64,000 nt of DNA from Tubulanus polymorphus (lineage: Eukaryota > Animalia > Nemertea): assembly GCF_964204645.1 (NCBI RefSeq), contig NC_134025.1, forward strand, positions 29,678,299 through 29,742,298, given 5' to 3'. A program made the translations under genes and the position numbers. Position 1 is the first letter of the stretch. Each line of letters begins with the position of its first letter. Below the pieces are notes generated by a model, which saw only the letters and a list, made by a program, of their open reading frames with translations, did no database searches and was not told the origin of the DNA. Of the stretch, positions 49,697 through 63,960 are shown piece by piece.

Positions 49697-49877
49697 AAAG
49701 CCTGGTTTTCGCGAACGGTTTCCAGTTAGCATTTTCCTGCTTCCGCTGAAACTGCACTTGAAAAAGCTTGCGGTTGGTATTCAAATTCGATTGTCCAGGT
49801 GACCAGTAGCCGGCCAGGGTACATTTTCACTTAGCTGGAAAAAGCTAGCTGAAACCGTTTGTGAAAACCAGCCTTTA
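49697..49877. mobile_element. Palindromic Harbinger-like MITE
   Basis: taaagcctggttttcgcgaacggtttccagttagc ... gctagctgaaaccgtttgtgaaaaccagccttta. Confidence 0.7.
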
Positions 49878-52800
49878 GTAGTAGATGGCACAAATGAAAT
49901 AGAAAAATTGTTTAAGTGTAGAATTTGTAGTACAGTTATTCATATCTACAATTAGTTTTTAAAACACGTGTATAACAAGTTCCTTAAATCTAAAACTCAC
50001 ACAAAAGTGTTCTTGATTTTACACTAAACACTTTGAGCACCAATTGTTTTATAGCTTAGGAAAATTTAGATCCTATTTTCTAAACACAGTAAAATATCAA
50101 ATTTCCTTCAAACATTTAGTGCAAAACTTCCATTTATCATTTCGGGTGGAACTTCGATGGATTAAAAAACAAAGATTTAAAAATCAGTAAAATCATGATT
50201 AAACGAATATCGTGTGGTGAAATAAGTGCTTTTGAATGTGATCCATTTAAAATAACGGTGAAGTATTTAATGGTATGTTACTTTTGTTACAACACCGTCA
50301 GAATTATTGGCACTTGTTCACTATTGGAAATATTCAGAACTTTCAGAGTACATGTTTAGTGCTTCGTTTTACGATATTACGCAACAACATTCAGGCTAAA
50401 ACTGAACTAATAAATCAACTTGAAGTGAAAGAATCTGTTTTGTATCTTTATATAAAAGGTAGAATTTCTACTGTTCAAACAAATCTGAAATGTCACTGAA
50501 ATCTGTGCCAGTTCGAAAAACAAAAATAATCCATGTACCGACTATTAAACTATTAAATCAAGTATTCTACCTTTTAGTATGGCTTTTCTAATAGATTATA
50601 ATTTGTAGCAAAACAACTAACACATTCTGAGCAATACTCTGTACAATTTAACTAAATATTTATATATCTGATATTTTCTAATGACAACGAATCTTCGACA
50701 ACAATTTCTTTCTTTAATAATAAGACCATTTACTGCAATTATTCAAATACAAAAATATAATGTTAATTTCCACTTTGAGAAACGTGTACAGTGCGTATAC
50801 ACTTTGTATATAGAATTATTACGATAATAACTAACAGAATTAAAAGCGGGTTTTAATATATGTGTAAAGATCATTTTAAGAGCCATCATCAAAGCCACAA
50901 ACAACAGAATTCTACGCATCACAATGCTTGTTGAAATTGTATGTTTAAATCTAATCATTTTGAACTGATTTTCAAAATAGTCTCTATTTGGCTGTAATCG
51001 TAATGTTACAATACTCTGAATTTCAGTTTTTTGATGAGAAATTCTCATGAAATCTAACGTAATACCTATGATCATTTTCAAAACAATGAAATGGAGCTTC
51101 TACGACCTAACTAACATTATCATCTACCTATTGGTTGAATGTACATTTAAAAAGAGATATCAACATTACATGAATTAATAACTCGATTGTCGAAGATGAT
51201 TGATGATTTTTATACGAGAGCCTGATGTGATTAATGGCAAAATCATCTATAAATATCAGTTCTATCTTTTTCAATGAACGATAAAAATCCTGTATCAAGG
51301 ATTAAAGAATCTGGAAGTTTCCTTCAGTTAGTAAACATTTCAACGATATTCTTAGATTCACTTTTATAGTCATGTTCAGGAATGAAGATGATTATATTCT
51401 CCTGAAAATGACTATCAGAATGAAGTCAAAATGTTGAATGAACAATAAGCTCAAGGAAACATTTAGGACTTTCTGAGTGTTTCATCAGTGGTTAAAATTT
51501 TCATACTTTTCCATCCAGAGATGAAACATTTATTGATAAGAAATTTAGAAGTATTTTTTTCCGTAATTGATGCCTTTAATAGAAATGTTGCATGATGATG
51601 GTAATATCAATTATATATATATATACAATATGAATTAGAAATATAAGAATGATTATTATTATTATGGTTATTATATATTTATCCATACTGATATATGGAA
51701 TATGAAGGCTTTATATTCCTGAGGAATGGTTTGTATCATTTTTATTTATAACCGACAAGATGTTTTCATCATCATCATCCCTGCCGTTAAATATTTCATT
51801 CTTTCCGATTGATATTTCTCGTAGTATTTTTCACCTCTCCTCTCTATCCACATGACGCAATAGCTGCAACGTTCACACTACGTTCCCTAGAACTCGGTTC
51901 TAGCGTTTACACTTGCATCCGTTCTAAACTCGTCCGTTTCAATTTTTTAACAGACCATTTCTGTGAGTGTGAATATAAATTTTGCCTGTCAATCACCGTG
52001 TTGCATCTAGAGGGATCAGTGATGACAAAAAATCGTATGTGAATGCACATGTCTGGTCTCAGCCATTCTTAATCGATCTGTTCGAGATTAGAATGGACGA
52101 ACAACTGGCGATAGTGTGAACGTATAATTGGTATTTAGCAAAAAATAAGCAATAAAACTGACTAATAATATATTTGTTTGCCTTCGTCATAGAAAGTAAA
52201 CCTGATTATTATAGTTTTGATTGTTCAAGTTGATCATAAATTACCAGTGTGTATTTTTTGCGCAAATTTGTTAGTACAGACACAATATAATATCAATATG
52301 GACCTTTATCTGTGTGTGAAACTGGTATAAAAGTATTGGACTGGACAGGCATCACGACTCACTGGCATTAAATCATTCCTAGTCTTGCGTAGCTAGAATA
52401 ATAATTTTTTTTTGTACACGGATGTAAAAATACACGGGTAAAATACCTCATACATCTAATCTCACCGATTCATTCAAAATCCCTTTAAAATTGGATGTTT
52501 CGTTTTTTGAGTATCTTAACTGACTTTGTGTAAAATAAAAGTTTGTCAAAACTCATAAAAATAAAGAGATCGTTTTTTTTTCTATCTCCGCTTAAAAAAG
52601 ATATTGCATTGCTTCGAGCTCTTCAGTAATTAGATAAATAACAGAACAGAAGTTTTCGGAATATTGTGCTTGCCCTGGATACATCGAATGCTTGCTCTCA
52701 TGCTTCTGATGCCGATTATAGACACACGTATATTGAAGGCACTTGCAACTGATTAACACCTGTTTTAATGATTAATTTTTCTGATCGCAGAAATAAAATA

Positions 52801-53743
52801 CAGTGAAACTCGCTGTTTAAGTCGTCGCAATTGCGATGATCATTACGTCAACGACTTATCCAAATGATGACTTATATGATATACAAATTGGGACTCAAGA
52901 ATTGAGATGACTTCAGTAAAATGACGAAGACTTAGGCGAGTTTGACCGTAATATTAGTTTTCAAACCACTTCATTCTATTTTCGCTATCAAATATTCAAC
53001 CAGTTGGTATATCATTGTATAGATTAGAAGGATAATCATCAAGACAATACGATAAATTCCTATCAATCGAAAACTTCAATTCACTATCATAGAATGATAT
53101 ATTGACCTTTCAATTATCGATTCTAATATTATAATTATATCGAACCTAATCGTAATCATATAAAAATATCATCATTAATATTATATATACATATACATCA
53201 AAGTAAAATATAGGGCTTAAAACATTAACGATGCCATAAAATAAATTATACAGTGATCTGATCATAATTTTCTAAAGGTATTTTGACATCCACGATGACG
53301 CTATGGGGAAACTACTGTGGCAATCAAGGATTCCATTTCTAGCAAATGAGTATCCACCAAGAAGAACGCCAACTACTGTGGTTATCCAGGATTTAAGTTT
53401 CTTCAAAATTTCAATTAAATTCGAATGAAAATAATCAGAAACTACAAAAAAATACCAAGCTTACAAAAGTAAACCTAATATTTCTTTGGAGGCTCATATG
53501 ATAAAATTTGTTTTTGGAAGCCGAAAAATCCAGTTTAAAATCGATAGATCAATCTACTTTGACAACTTCAGACTGGTGGGTAGTCACGCCACCTGGTGTT
53601 GCGTTTCCCCATAAAGACGTGTGAAATAAGTGTATAGTTAATACTAGGCGGCGGGAGTGTGTGTGTTAACTAAAGCAGGGCAGCACACACACACACACAG
53701 ATTCTACTATACACATTCATAAGGAAATGCAAAAGGGCAAAAA

Positions 53744-53772
53744 ATAATAATAATAATAATAATAATAATATA
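53744..53772. repeat. (AAT)n microsatellite just downstream of the RhoGAP stop codon
   Basis: Read directly from the sequence. Confidence 0.9.
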
Positions 53773-53809
53773 ATCACAAATACAATTCATATATAAATGT
53801 GGAACGTCA

Positions 53810-56800
53810 TCATTTATCGACTGATTCTTTCTCTTCTTTAACCTCCTTCTCTTCCCCCTCCCCCTCATCATCGTCGTCGCGATCCTGATTATTGCCGTTG
53901 TACCAGTTTTCGATCATGAAATATCGCACTTCTTTCTCCGACAGTTCCGATTCTCGTTCCTCCTCGTGAATAACGTCGCTCTGCCGTCGAACCACGTTCC
54001 CCTCGTCGTTCCCCTTGTCGTTCTCATCATCATCATCGTCCTCTTCAGTTTCCATGTTTTCGATGATTCTGTGTTGGCGTCGCGTCGGGTCGGTAGCCGG
54101 CGATTTACGGAATTTATGCAGCGCGAACATGTCGCCTCCGGTATCGAGTCTTTCGCTGCTGTGTGGCTCTAAATCGGACGACGTGGCCAAACCGGATGAT
54201 CCTAAACTACCGTGCGATTGCTTTTGACGCATTAAAGTTCTCTGAAGCCATAAATCGATGTGAGGTTCTTGCGTTTGTTCGGTCGACAGGAACCAATTCG
54301 ATCGTCGTTCTAATAAAGCGAGCTGTCGTTGCCGAACCAATTCAAACCGTCCTAAACTGATCGAATTAAACATCCCTTCTTGCATTTCTTCCATTCCCGG
54401 AGAAATTGGCTGCAAAAAATCCAGAAAATAATTCATATCACATATATTCACGGTATCGATATCCACGCGTTCAAAATCCCGATTAAAAATATTTCAACTT
54501 TCCATTTACAAAAAAAAACATAGTCTTAATTCCAGGGTTCTTACAGATCGGGGATTCCAAAATTCCTTGATCAAATTATCAAGATATCCTCAGTGGGAGC
54601 TATTCGCTTACGAACGGTTCCTCATGGCACTTGCAGCAGCAAGAACAACAAGACACCAAAGATTCAGACGCCCTGATTTTTCGAGAAAGAATTAGAATTC
54701 CCTGATTTTCCTTGATCTATAATAACCCTGTAATATCTCAACCTCCAAGGGATCATTCATTTAATGGAGAGACAGTAAGAGGGGATCTAGAATGAAGGTC
54801 ATCTTCTCTTTGACGTCTGTTTCAAATATGGGTATATAGAGGGTAACACTCCATAGTTAGTGAAAAAGTGCAAATATATGATAAAAGAATACCTCATCAC
54901 TAGACATCTGCATCCGATAGAGGTGCAACAAATGAAGCTCGCGTAGGATCTACAACAAATAGCAGGAACAAAACAATAACAAGACAGTTAAACCACTACC
55001 GGTACCTGAAATCATACTAGCATTCCTCACACACCTCACAGACATGCTCCCGTCTTTACGTCAGGATCCAGTTCTACAGTTCTATAGACAAATCATCCGG
55101 AATGAATCAACCGAGAACTATTGAACCGGATCCATATTTATGGGAAGAATGATTTATGCACAACAAAAGACACTAAAGAATATGACAACAGTTTCTTATT
55201 ATACGACAGCCAATGATTTTACCGATGCACATCAAGACATCTCTATCTAACAGCCAGAAGCTCAGTTCCACCGTCATTACTTTAACTCGAAGATCGGTTT
55301 CAAAATGAGCTGGTAAGTGTTACGTGGAACTAAGCCCAGAGTTCAGTTTCACAAAAAGAATGGACTCCTAATATATCGATGATTCGAGATAAACTGAATA
55401 AAGCGAAACAAATCAAATCGATTTTAAGAGTTGACTTCGTTTGTGAAACTGGCCTCGCCCTGAGTTGAACATGCAGAGCAGCGGTCGGTGAATTCTAGCA
55501 CAGTTCCGTAAATCTGATACCTTCGATACTTCAGGAGCCGACATCGAATTATTCTGAGATTTATTCGACAATAAACGTTGAAGCGGTTGATGTTCTTTTT
55601 TCGTCGACGGTTTTCTCGAAGCGATGCTACTCGTTTCGTCAAACGTGTTCGAACGGCGGCGACTTTCGTGGAATTCTTCTTCGGATATCGCTGAAAAATA
55701 AACATCAGAATTTTCATTATCGATAACGAGATAGAAGAATCTATTTCATACTGGCATCAACTGTGGGACGTAAGTACTGAGAACACATCAGTCTCTATCA
55801 GAGTGATGTTCGAAATCTAGATAATTAAATGCAAGGCCGGATTCAGGGGTTAGTTGCACAGCCACGACTTTAGCCAATCAACACCTGAAGACCAGTCTTA
55901 TAGATTGAGACCACTTTTGACTGAAGTCCCGACTGTGCAACTACATCCAGGGTGTTACTAGACAGCATTATTCTCAATGACAAACGGGGTCAATAGATTT
56001 TGAATGGCACCAAAAATTCATAGAGTGTCTTCATGAATTTTTGATGGCACACATTTGTATCCCTGATAGTGCTGAAGACTTGTTGTAAAAACAAGAGGCC
56101 GGGGTTCTGTCGTTATAGAAAATCTTGACAAAATACGTTATATCTGAAGCATTATGAGGGTTAAGCTGATATTTTTGTGTAGTTCATCATAGCTTTAAGG
56201 GCAGTAGACCGTATTCAGGACCAATACGGTCTAGATCGGTACCTCTTCACTACAAGCAGCATCATACAGAGGAAGACCGCGTTATACGAAGGGCTAGTGC
56301 GTGTATATTGAATAGAATGGTGGATAAAAGCTATTCAATTAAATATATAAGAATCAAACAAGCAATCATTGGTGAGAGGTAAGTTATACAGTCAATAGAC
56401 GACGCATGCATGATTGGTTGTTATATGTTTGTAAAGATCACGTAAGACATTCTGCAGTCGTGAATTCGTCAAGACGTATCGATGACTGTGGTTACAATGA
56501 TTGATCGAAACACGGACGTGGTACATTGATGAAATACAACACACCGCCTGTGTGTCGGACGATATAGAATCTGACCATAAGAAAAAACAAGTGCGAAATG
56601 TTTCCACGAGCTAATGGTTCATTCAACGTTTCAACTAAATCCTATTAGTCATCTGGACTGTATCATCTCATAATTTCTTTATAATTTATAGTATTCCTGA
56701 AGATGACTATTAGGATAGCCAGAACTGGAATAGTTGAATAAAATATTAGCTCAATGAAAAAGTTCGGACTTTTTTTTCTATCTTATTGTGGGATTTTATA

Positions 56801-59800
56801 TAGGTAGTACAATGTGGCAGCAGCATCAGCAGCAGCAGCAGCAACAGCGGCAGCGCATCTGAGAAACTCGTGGAGAAGCGATGAATTTAGTGACGACCGC
56901 AAACACAAAGAGATTTAGACGAGGAGGTAGAGTGATTATGCACTAAACTATAGACGAAATAGCTCACCATTTCGGACAATATGAAACCCATATTTCTTGC
57001 TCTCGATGACGAGCATGTGGGCAAACAGTCGTAATGAGTATTCACCTAACACGACACGAGAGAGAGAGACATGCGTACAACAATAACAACAACAACAACA
57101 ACAACTTCATGCTCAATAATTAATAAACACCTCACTAACACACACACACATACATATATACGTGGAGCCTGACCGGTACAGATATAACGACCACTCAAAT
57201 CATGAACAATTGTAGATAAATTTCATAGGAATATTTTACGAACCGATTTAATCAGTGGAAAATGAAGCAGAGTTTTTTAAAGGTGGTGGTTACAACTATT
57301 AAGGCTGTGTAACAATTAAATATCATAATTTCAGGAATCGAGATACTAATTGCTGTTCTACTTTAATCGAATGATATGGTGTCAACAGACTAGGATATTT
57401 TATAGGTCATGTTTTATAGTTAATCGTCAGTAATTTGTAAATTTCAGTTGATTATTCTCAATTTATATACTATATAATATGCGATGGGCTAGTATACGTA
57501 GTTCAGATGATCTCCGATCGAAAGAAAATAAAATTTACATCCAAAACAGAAACCTGAATGTACGATTGGTTTCTACAGACAAGTCACTGTCTAGACAGGC
57601 AGATACAAGTAGATCCACGATGACGAAGAAAAACTAAGAGAGCAGCATTTTTGAAAATCGCTAATAGAATTGGGTTGGAACATCATCACTATATACCACA
57701 TAAATGTGTTTTTTCTTCAAAAGTATTTCCATGAGAGGAGTGGTCACGACGTATAAAGCTAAATAAACTACTATTAGAAAGCTGTGCTGAATTTATGTTT
57801 TCATGTAACTATTTCGGGGCATTGCCTAGTAACATATATTTATCTATAAATCGTGTCATCTGGACACGATTTAGAAGAAAAAACCCACAATTCGGAAGTA
57901 ACTATTGTAGAAGATTTGGATGTTTCGAATCAAATGCCATGAGCCATTTTCAAACAGTGACATCAAATCTGTTGTGAAAATGGTTCATAGTATTCTAGTC
58001 GAAATGTTAAAATACTCTCTTAGTTTTACTGCATATTATCGGCTTTTCTTCAATTGAATTAGATGATCACTTGCCTATGGAAACTAACATGATTCAGAAA
58101 ATTCGTCGATTTTTTTCTGGTTGATATCAAAAGTTTATCGTATAGATTCATGCAAATTTAATCGATACATGCTTGAAATCTTTATAGGTAAAAATCCCCT
58201 AGGTTAAAGTCCCAGGGTGGCCACTTTCCACCAATTCACAAATTCCCGGAGTTGTCCCGGATTTTCCTCGTCATAACAGAAAATTATCTGAGAAAATCTG
58301 AGGAATTTCTAGGTTTAAAATGTTACAATTCATTCATTGTTTTATGAATCAATTAGTGATAAAGAAATGCAAGGTCAATGACATATCCAAATTCCTTGAT
58401 TTTTCTGATCCTTGAGTTTTCCAGCTTTTCGAGGTTAGTGGCCACGGCGAGTACCTTTCAGAAATAATCCCCCAAACGATCAAATGATCCCTACAATGAG
58501 GGGGGATACCTTCCAACACGGGGGATTTTTACCGCTGATTGCACAGAATATACGCTGATTATTTCACACCGTGCGCGCGACGGATGGAATCATTGATAAT
58601 ACTTACGAGGAACGACGTCAGAAGGAGGATACGTATACTCGTAACAAAACTTCTCTAACGATCGAATCGCTGTGTTCGTCGACGTCGCAAAATACTGTAC
58701 ATTCTTCGGACCGAACATGTTCGTTACGCCGAAATTCTCGATCATGATCTCCATGAGTTTAGCTGCGCGGTTGACTTTGGAAGGGTCTTCGGTGCACGAG
58801 TGGAATATACTACCGGCGACGCTCTTCGCGACTGCCTCCACTCGCATCGTGTTGTACTCTGAATGATGAATCATACGAAACCAAGTCCCGAAAAGTAATG
58901 CTGCCAGATTTTGCACCGAACTCGGTAAATTCACTAGAATGCTGAAAATATCGTCGAAATATCGCGCATTATGAAACAATAATTCATTAATTCAAACAAG
59001 TTGTAGGAATGGTAATTAAACTTTTTCCAGTCCCTTGAGCTCGGGACATTAACAGCAGTTCGAGATTTCTTTTACCCCCTTCACTCACTGAGTGCTACTT
59101 AGGGAATTTTCCTCCCTAAACCTGGTCACGACATTATTAGAAGATTCAAGGTATCCATTTCCTCCAAACCTGCCGAGCGCCAGTTACGACATTATTAGCA
59201 GGTTCCCAATTAAGGGGGAGAGGCCAGAGAAGAACCAGCGACCACGAAATTCTGCTTCCACCAGGATTTCAACACATAAGATGGCAACTAAAAACTCACT
59301 TGCTAATTGTTTCTAACTGCTCAGTAGAATCAGTTATATCAAGAGTACTGAGTAATTCATCTTCTACGTCACGACCAAATATTCCACCAGGAATACGCAA
59401 TAAAAATTTCTACGATGGAAAAAGAAAAACGAAACATAAAGAGTGAAATGAAAGACAATTCACGCGATACTCAAACTTCACTACAAACCAGACTTACCTT
59501 AACAACATTAGCCAATGTATAGAAATTATACTCCGTCCAAATTATTGGTTTACCCTCTTCCATTTTCTTCATAATTTTTTTCATATCAGTCGGGTTGCCA
59601 GGGCGACGGAACAGGTCATTGGTCGACATGCCATCTCTGGCAATAATAACCAATAATTCCTAAAATTCAATAATCGCATCAAACATGTTATGATAGCGAC
59701 TCCTCTGTGAGCAGTTCCGATTCGAGCAGGTGATGTTTTTCAGAGATTATTCTAGACTCAGAGATTCGACTAACCTTTAATGGCATAGGCATAGCACCTT

Positions 59801-60289
59801 CCCTGAAGGAATCACATAGTGGTACACCAAACCTTACTCTGAAACAATAATCATATAGCACGGTTTGTAGCAGTCCGTCAACAGTAGTCAATACTAATTA
59901 TGTCCAATTAGGACTTCACTATTGTATCACGTATTTTATATATATCAACATTATTTTTCATAAAATAAAACTTCTGTATTAATTTTTTAAAAGCAGTCGG
60001 TCTGAAGTTAAAGTTAAGACTTCCAACACTTTTTTAAAGCCAAAAATCTATGTTTTTTTCCTGAATCCAAAGACGAGGTCCCAGCATTTTTCTAAATCAA
60101 CGATTAAGCCATGAAGTTGACTTTGATTCGAGTTTCAAGGAGTAATTCTTGAAAAATAGAGTCCCAAAGGAATCAATGGGTTGTATGAGAGACCTGTAAG
60201 GAATATTGAAGGGATAACACGTACTTGGTCGGTGGACCTTGTTCTCGATGGTCTGAGACACATGTAAACAAACGTTGTATTACGGACAT
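53810..60289 (-). CDS. RhoGAP-domain protein: N-terminal GAP domain and acidic C-terminal tail, 9 coding exons
   Basis: Exons 60225-60289, 59775-59838, 59498-59659, 59300-59409, 58607-58941, 56968-57045, 55521-55690, 54893-54949, 53810-54409 (TGA). Motifs KVRFGVPL, DLFRRPG (arginine finger), LANVVKKFLLRIP and EYNTM. Probable non-coding first-exon donors at about 63586 and 63831. Confidence 0.85.
56817..56855. repeat. Imperfect (CAG)n microsatellite in a RhoGAP intron
   Basis: Read directly from the sequence. Confidence 0.8.
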
Positions 60290-62135
60290 ATTGCTCTCTG
60301 ACTTCTCACAACCATCGGCAGATTTATAGTCTTTTCATGCATGGTCATCGATCAGTTAATTGCATATGAAAAACCATTTCTGAAAAAGATAAAAAGTCAC
60401 AACTTTTCACTTAGGCGTATTGTTGATATTGATTAAGAGTCTATAAACAGAATTAATTCTTTATTTTCTGTCATATTTTGGACAATACATTTCAATATTT
60501 TTTTTTTTCAAAAATGAAAAAAATAATTCCGTCTTAATTTCTTATATGATTATTTCCAAAAACAAGTTTTTTCATTTTTTCTATCAAGAATTTCATTTGA
60601 TATATTTTCACTTAAAAAAATTTTTTCTGCAGTCCTTCCAAGGTTTTTATGTGGAAATTATTTTTTTGAAATCTTTATTTTCCCCATGTTCCCTCCCATC
60701 TCAAAATGCCTGCTAACTGGAATTCTTGTCTATTTCTAATTCTTTTTAAATCTTGGCTCTACCATTCTTTTCCTGAAAAAAATCCATACTCTAAGTAACC
60801 AAAAAGCCCTTCGTCAAGCACTAGCTGATACATGTAGAGAAAAAAATCCTTTTTAGGCAAACATCTATATTTACAAAATAGATGCGTTTTTTATGTTATA
60901 CTATAGGGACGCTTCAGTGGCAAATTATTGAAAACATTAGGTAGAATAATCGCCCCCTGTGTGTGTGCACCAGCTATTATTACTGTATATTTATAATTAA
61001 TTCAGCTATAAGCGTTTAATGGTTTACTACTGTCATTAGAGAGACATTACAAATATACATACATTTATAACACGAAACTTATATAATTTATCACACACGC
61101 GCGCGACGCGACAACGAACATTTATTCTATCAGTTTCCGAATAGACGCAAAATTTGTGCTTATTACCGAGAGCACTTTACACAGGTCACCATCGAGTAAT
61201 TCATTTATAAATACACGTACAAAGTCGACTAATAAAATCTAAACGCAGTCGATAAAACCAAAATACTGAATCTACTACAAGGCGAATTCAGACCCAATAG
61301 GGCATGTTGGAGTTAAGATCCCCGATTGTGTAAGGTATAACCCAAAAGCTTCCCCACTGGACAATCTAACATTTACCCCTGCTATTTCAGACACACTGAT
61401 GTAGCCTGAAAAGAAGATTGCAAAAGCCTGCTAGAGGATGCCTATAAAATAAACATGGGAATAAATGTAAGAACTAAAGATGAATGTAATGATATTTTTC
61501 ATCTCACATATTTTCGATACATTTTTTGAAAAGGGCACGAGCAGTGGATCAACCCGTGGATCAACCCGTATACTCCTATACTCTCAGTCTCACGTTCTCG
61601 TCTGCCCTCAATCGACGAACCTCGAGAGATATAACGCCGATATATCGATAACGATATTTCAAATAGCCTCACGCGAGCGGGAAACCAGCGATTCTAATGC
61701 AAAAAATTGATCCATATATTCATTTTATCATCTGCAGCAGTCCGATATCGTCAGTCCGGTATCACATGCGTATTCATCACTGATAAAACCTCTGCGTGAT
61801 TTTATACGTACGGGCAATCTGTGATTAGAATATTTTACAATAAATAACGTTTAATGACTTCACAAATCAAGCACTTGCAGTATCGCTAGTTAAGCAGTGA
61901 AGCGGTAATCCTGAGACTATATAATCATCATTGCAGTCAGAGCTCTATTAGTTCTGACAACATCGTTTTCTAAAACTATCCTAAAATCAATAAAGCAGAA
62001 ATATGGCAATGTACCGCACGCACTAACTACCACGGCGGTAATATTGTCCAGCACTGTTTAAGGAGCTTGCGAAGATGCTTTGTATCGACTGAGAAGATGG
62101 AAAGAGACTCGTCTTTACTCGATATGAGACAATCA

Positions 62136-62159
62136 TGGATGGATGGATGGATGGATGGA
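62136..62159. repeat. (TGGA)n microsatellite
   Basis: Read directly from the sequence. Confidence 0.9.
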
Positions 62160-63539
62160 GTACCAGTGATAACTAACTACAGGCTGTTTAACAAATTTAA
62201 TCAGTCCTAGCAGATCAATCAATATTTCTATCAATTAACAGTGTTCTTACAGATTAGATAATCCTTAATTCCATGCTGTGTAAGAAGAACGCTGATCAAT
62301 CCAGGGTATAATTCACCTCGTTATAATAAACTCGCATATTCTCAAGATACTGTTTCACAAAAACTGAGAATTCAATTCAAAGAAAAACCATCTTATACTG
62401 GACAATAAGTAAACAATGAGCTAACGAACAGATTTCTGGTCTCCTGAAGAGTATTTAACGAGGTTTCACGAGGTGGTCTGATAGTATGGTTTAGGCCTAT
62501 AAACCACCTGAACATGTAAACTTTAGATAACCCATTGAACCAATATCTTTTACATTTCATCACCAAAATCCTCAGTCAATGAGACGATAATTTCTGATAC
62601 AATACCGTTAGATTAAATCTAGTCTAGTCTCTAAGTTCAGGTATAATAGGGGTAATTTGGTTTTCAATATCAATGAAATGGAACCATGACTAATTCTCCA
62701 TAGTTAAATATCCTACTTGACACAACTGTGTCATAATGAATACAATAATAATCCAATACATGTTTTAACTAAACACTACAATATATACTACAACACTATC
62801 ATATACAAAACAGCTCAGCATATTTTGATTTTTTTTCTGTTGAAATGCGAAATTTGAAATCTAGGTCTATATGTTTGAGTCAAATTAGTTTTAAAAGGAA
62901 AGTACATTTTATCTAGGCCTTGTAGATAGGCCTAACAGTATCAATATGTGTACATCAGTATGATATGGAGAAAACCAGACTGAAATTCACCTCATAACAA
63001 AATTCTCTAGATTAAGGAATAAAGCTAAGCCTTTATCAAAATAACGTCTGATATTTTTATCACGTTGAATGGAAATTCTTTCCAGTCATCAGAGATATGG
63101 GCTGGACTTTCTAACTTTGCCCTGAGTCACTGACATAGTAGGCCTAACATAGGCATAATACAGTAGGCATGAATAATCAAAACTCATCATCATTCTCTTA
63201 AAATTTGTATGAAATATAACGATTGTGGGGGCTTAACCTGACTGATACTAAGCACACCGAGCCTATCCAGCTTCAATACAAACTTCTTTTCAGGGTTTTA
63301 GGGCCTAACGAATATTAAAATGTCATAATTACCCCACTTACTAAAAAAAGTAACTAATCGCTTTCAAATAAAAAACAAATGCAATCACACATGTAAAGTG
63401 TTAGCAGCCTACACTCGTCAAAAGAAAAGAAAGCTCGATTTTAAATCAACAGAAGTCGAGACATCGATCATCGACCAGAGCAGAGCAAGTCCCTAACATT
63501 TTCAAATTTTAGCCTCTCCTCAAACCAAACAGACTCGAC

Positions 63540-63960
63540 TACCTGCCCCTTCCCCAGATAAACTGGCGCACTCGTCTAGTCTTACCTGTGTTAATCCATT
63601 GTCACCTACATCCTTTCACTCAGTAACTGTTTCCACCTGCTCGATAAATTAACATGAATAACGGTTTTTTTAATGTAACACCCAACGATCTCTGTACATT
63701 CTATACTGTCCGACATTTACTTCACCCGGAAGTAAAATCAGGGTTTTTCCTAATATTCGGCGAACGGACTCGGACTCGATCGGTCAATTTGGATTAAACG
63801 TTTCATATTGAATTGAATTTCATTTCTTACCTTTTCCATGCTATCATTATCCTATTGCTAGAAAATCATTCATTTTGCTAATTTTGTTGCTCAAACATTG
63901 AAGGTACCTTCGAACTCAACACTCAATGTAAACCGTCAGCTATTGCCATCTGTTGGCGTT
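63540..63960 (-). promoter_or_regulatory. Probable RhoGAP promoter and first-exon region
   Basis: Strong - strand donors (CACAG|gtaaga at about 63586, AAAAG|gtaaga at about 63831), an ETS motif CCGGAAGT at about 63726-63733 and CTCF-like GCCAACAGATGGCAA at 63943-63957. Confidence 0.5.

Noticed and set aside
56242-57633. Additional RhoGAP exons at about 56242-56329 and 57554-57633
   Set aside because: Their phases do not fit the flanking exons or they contain in-frame stops, and the donors are weak.
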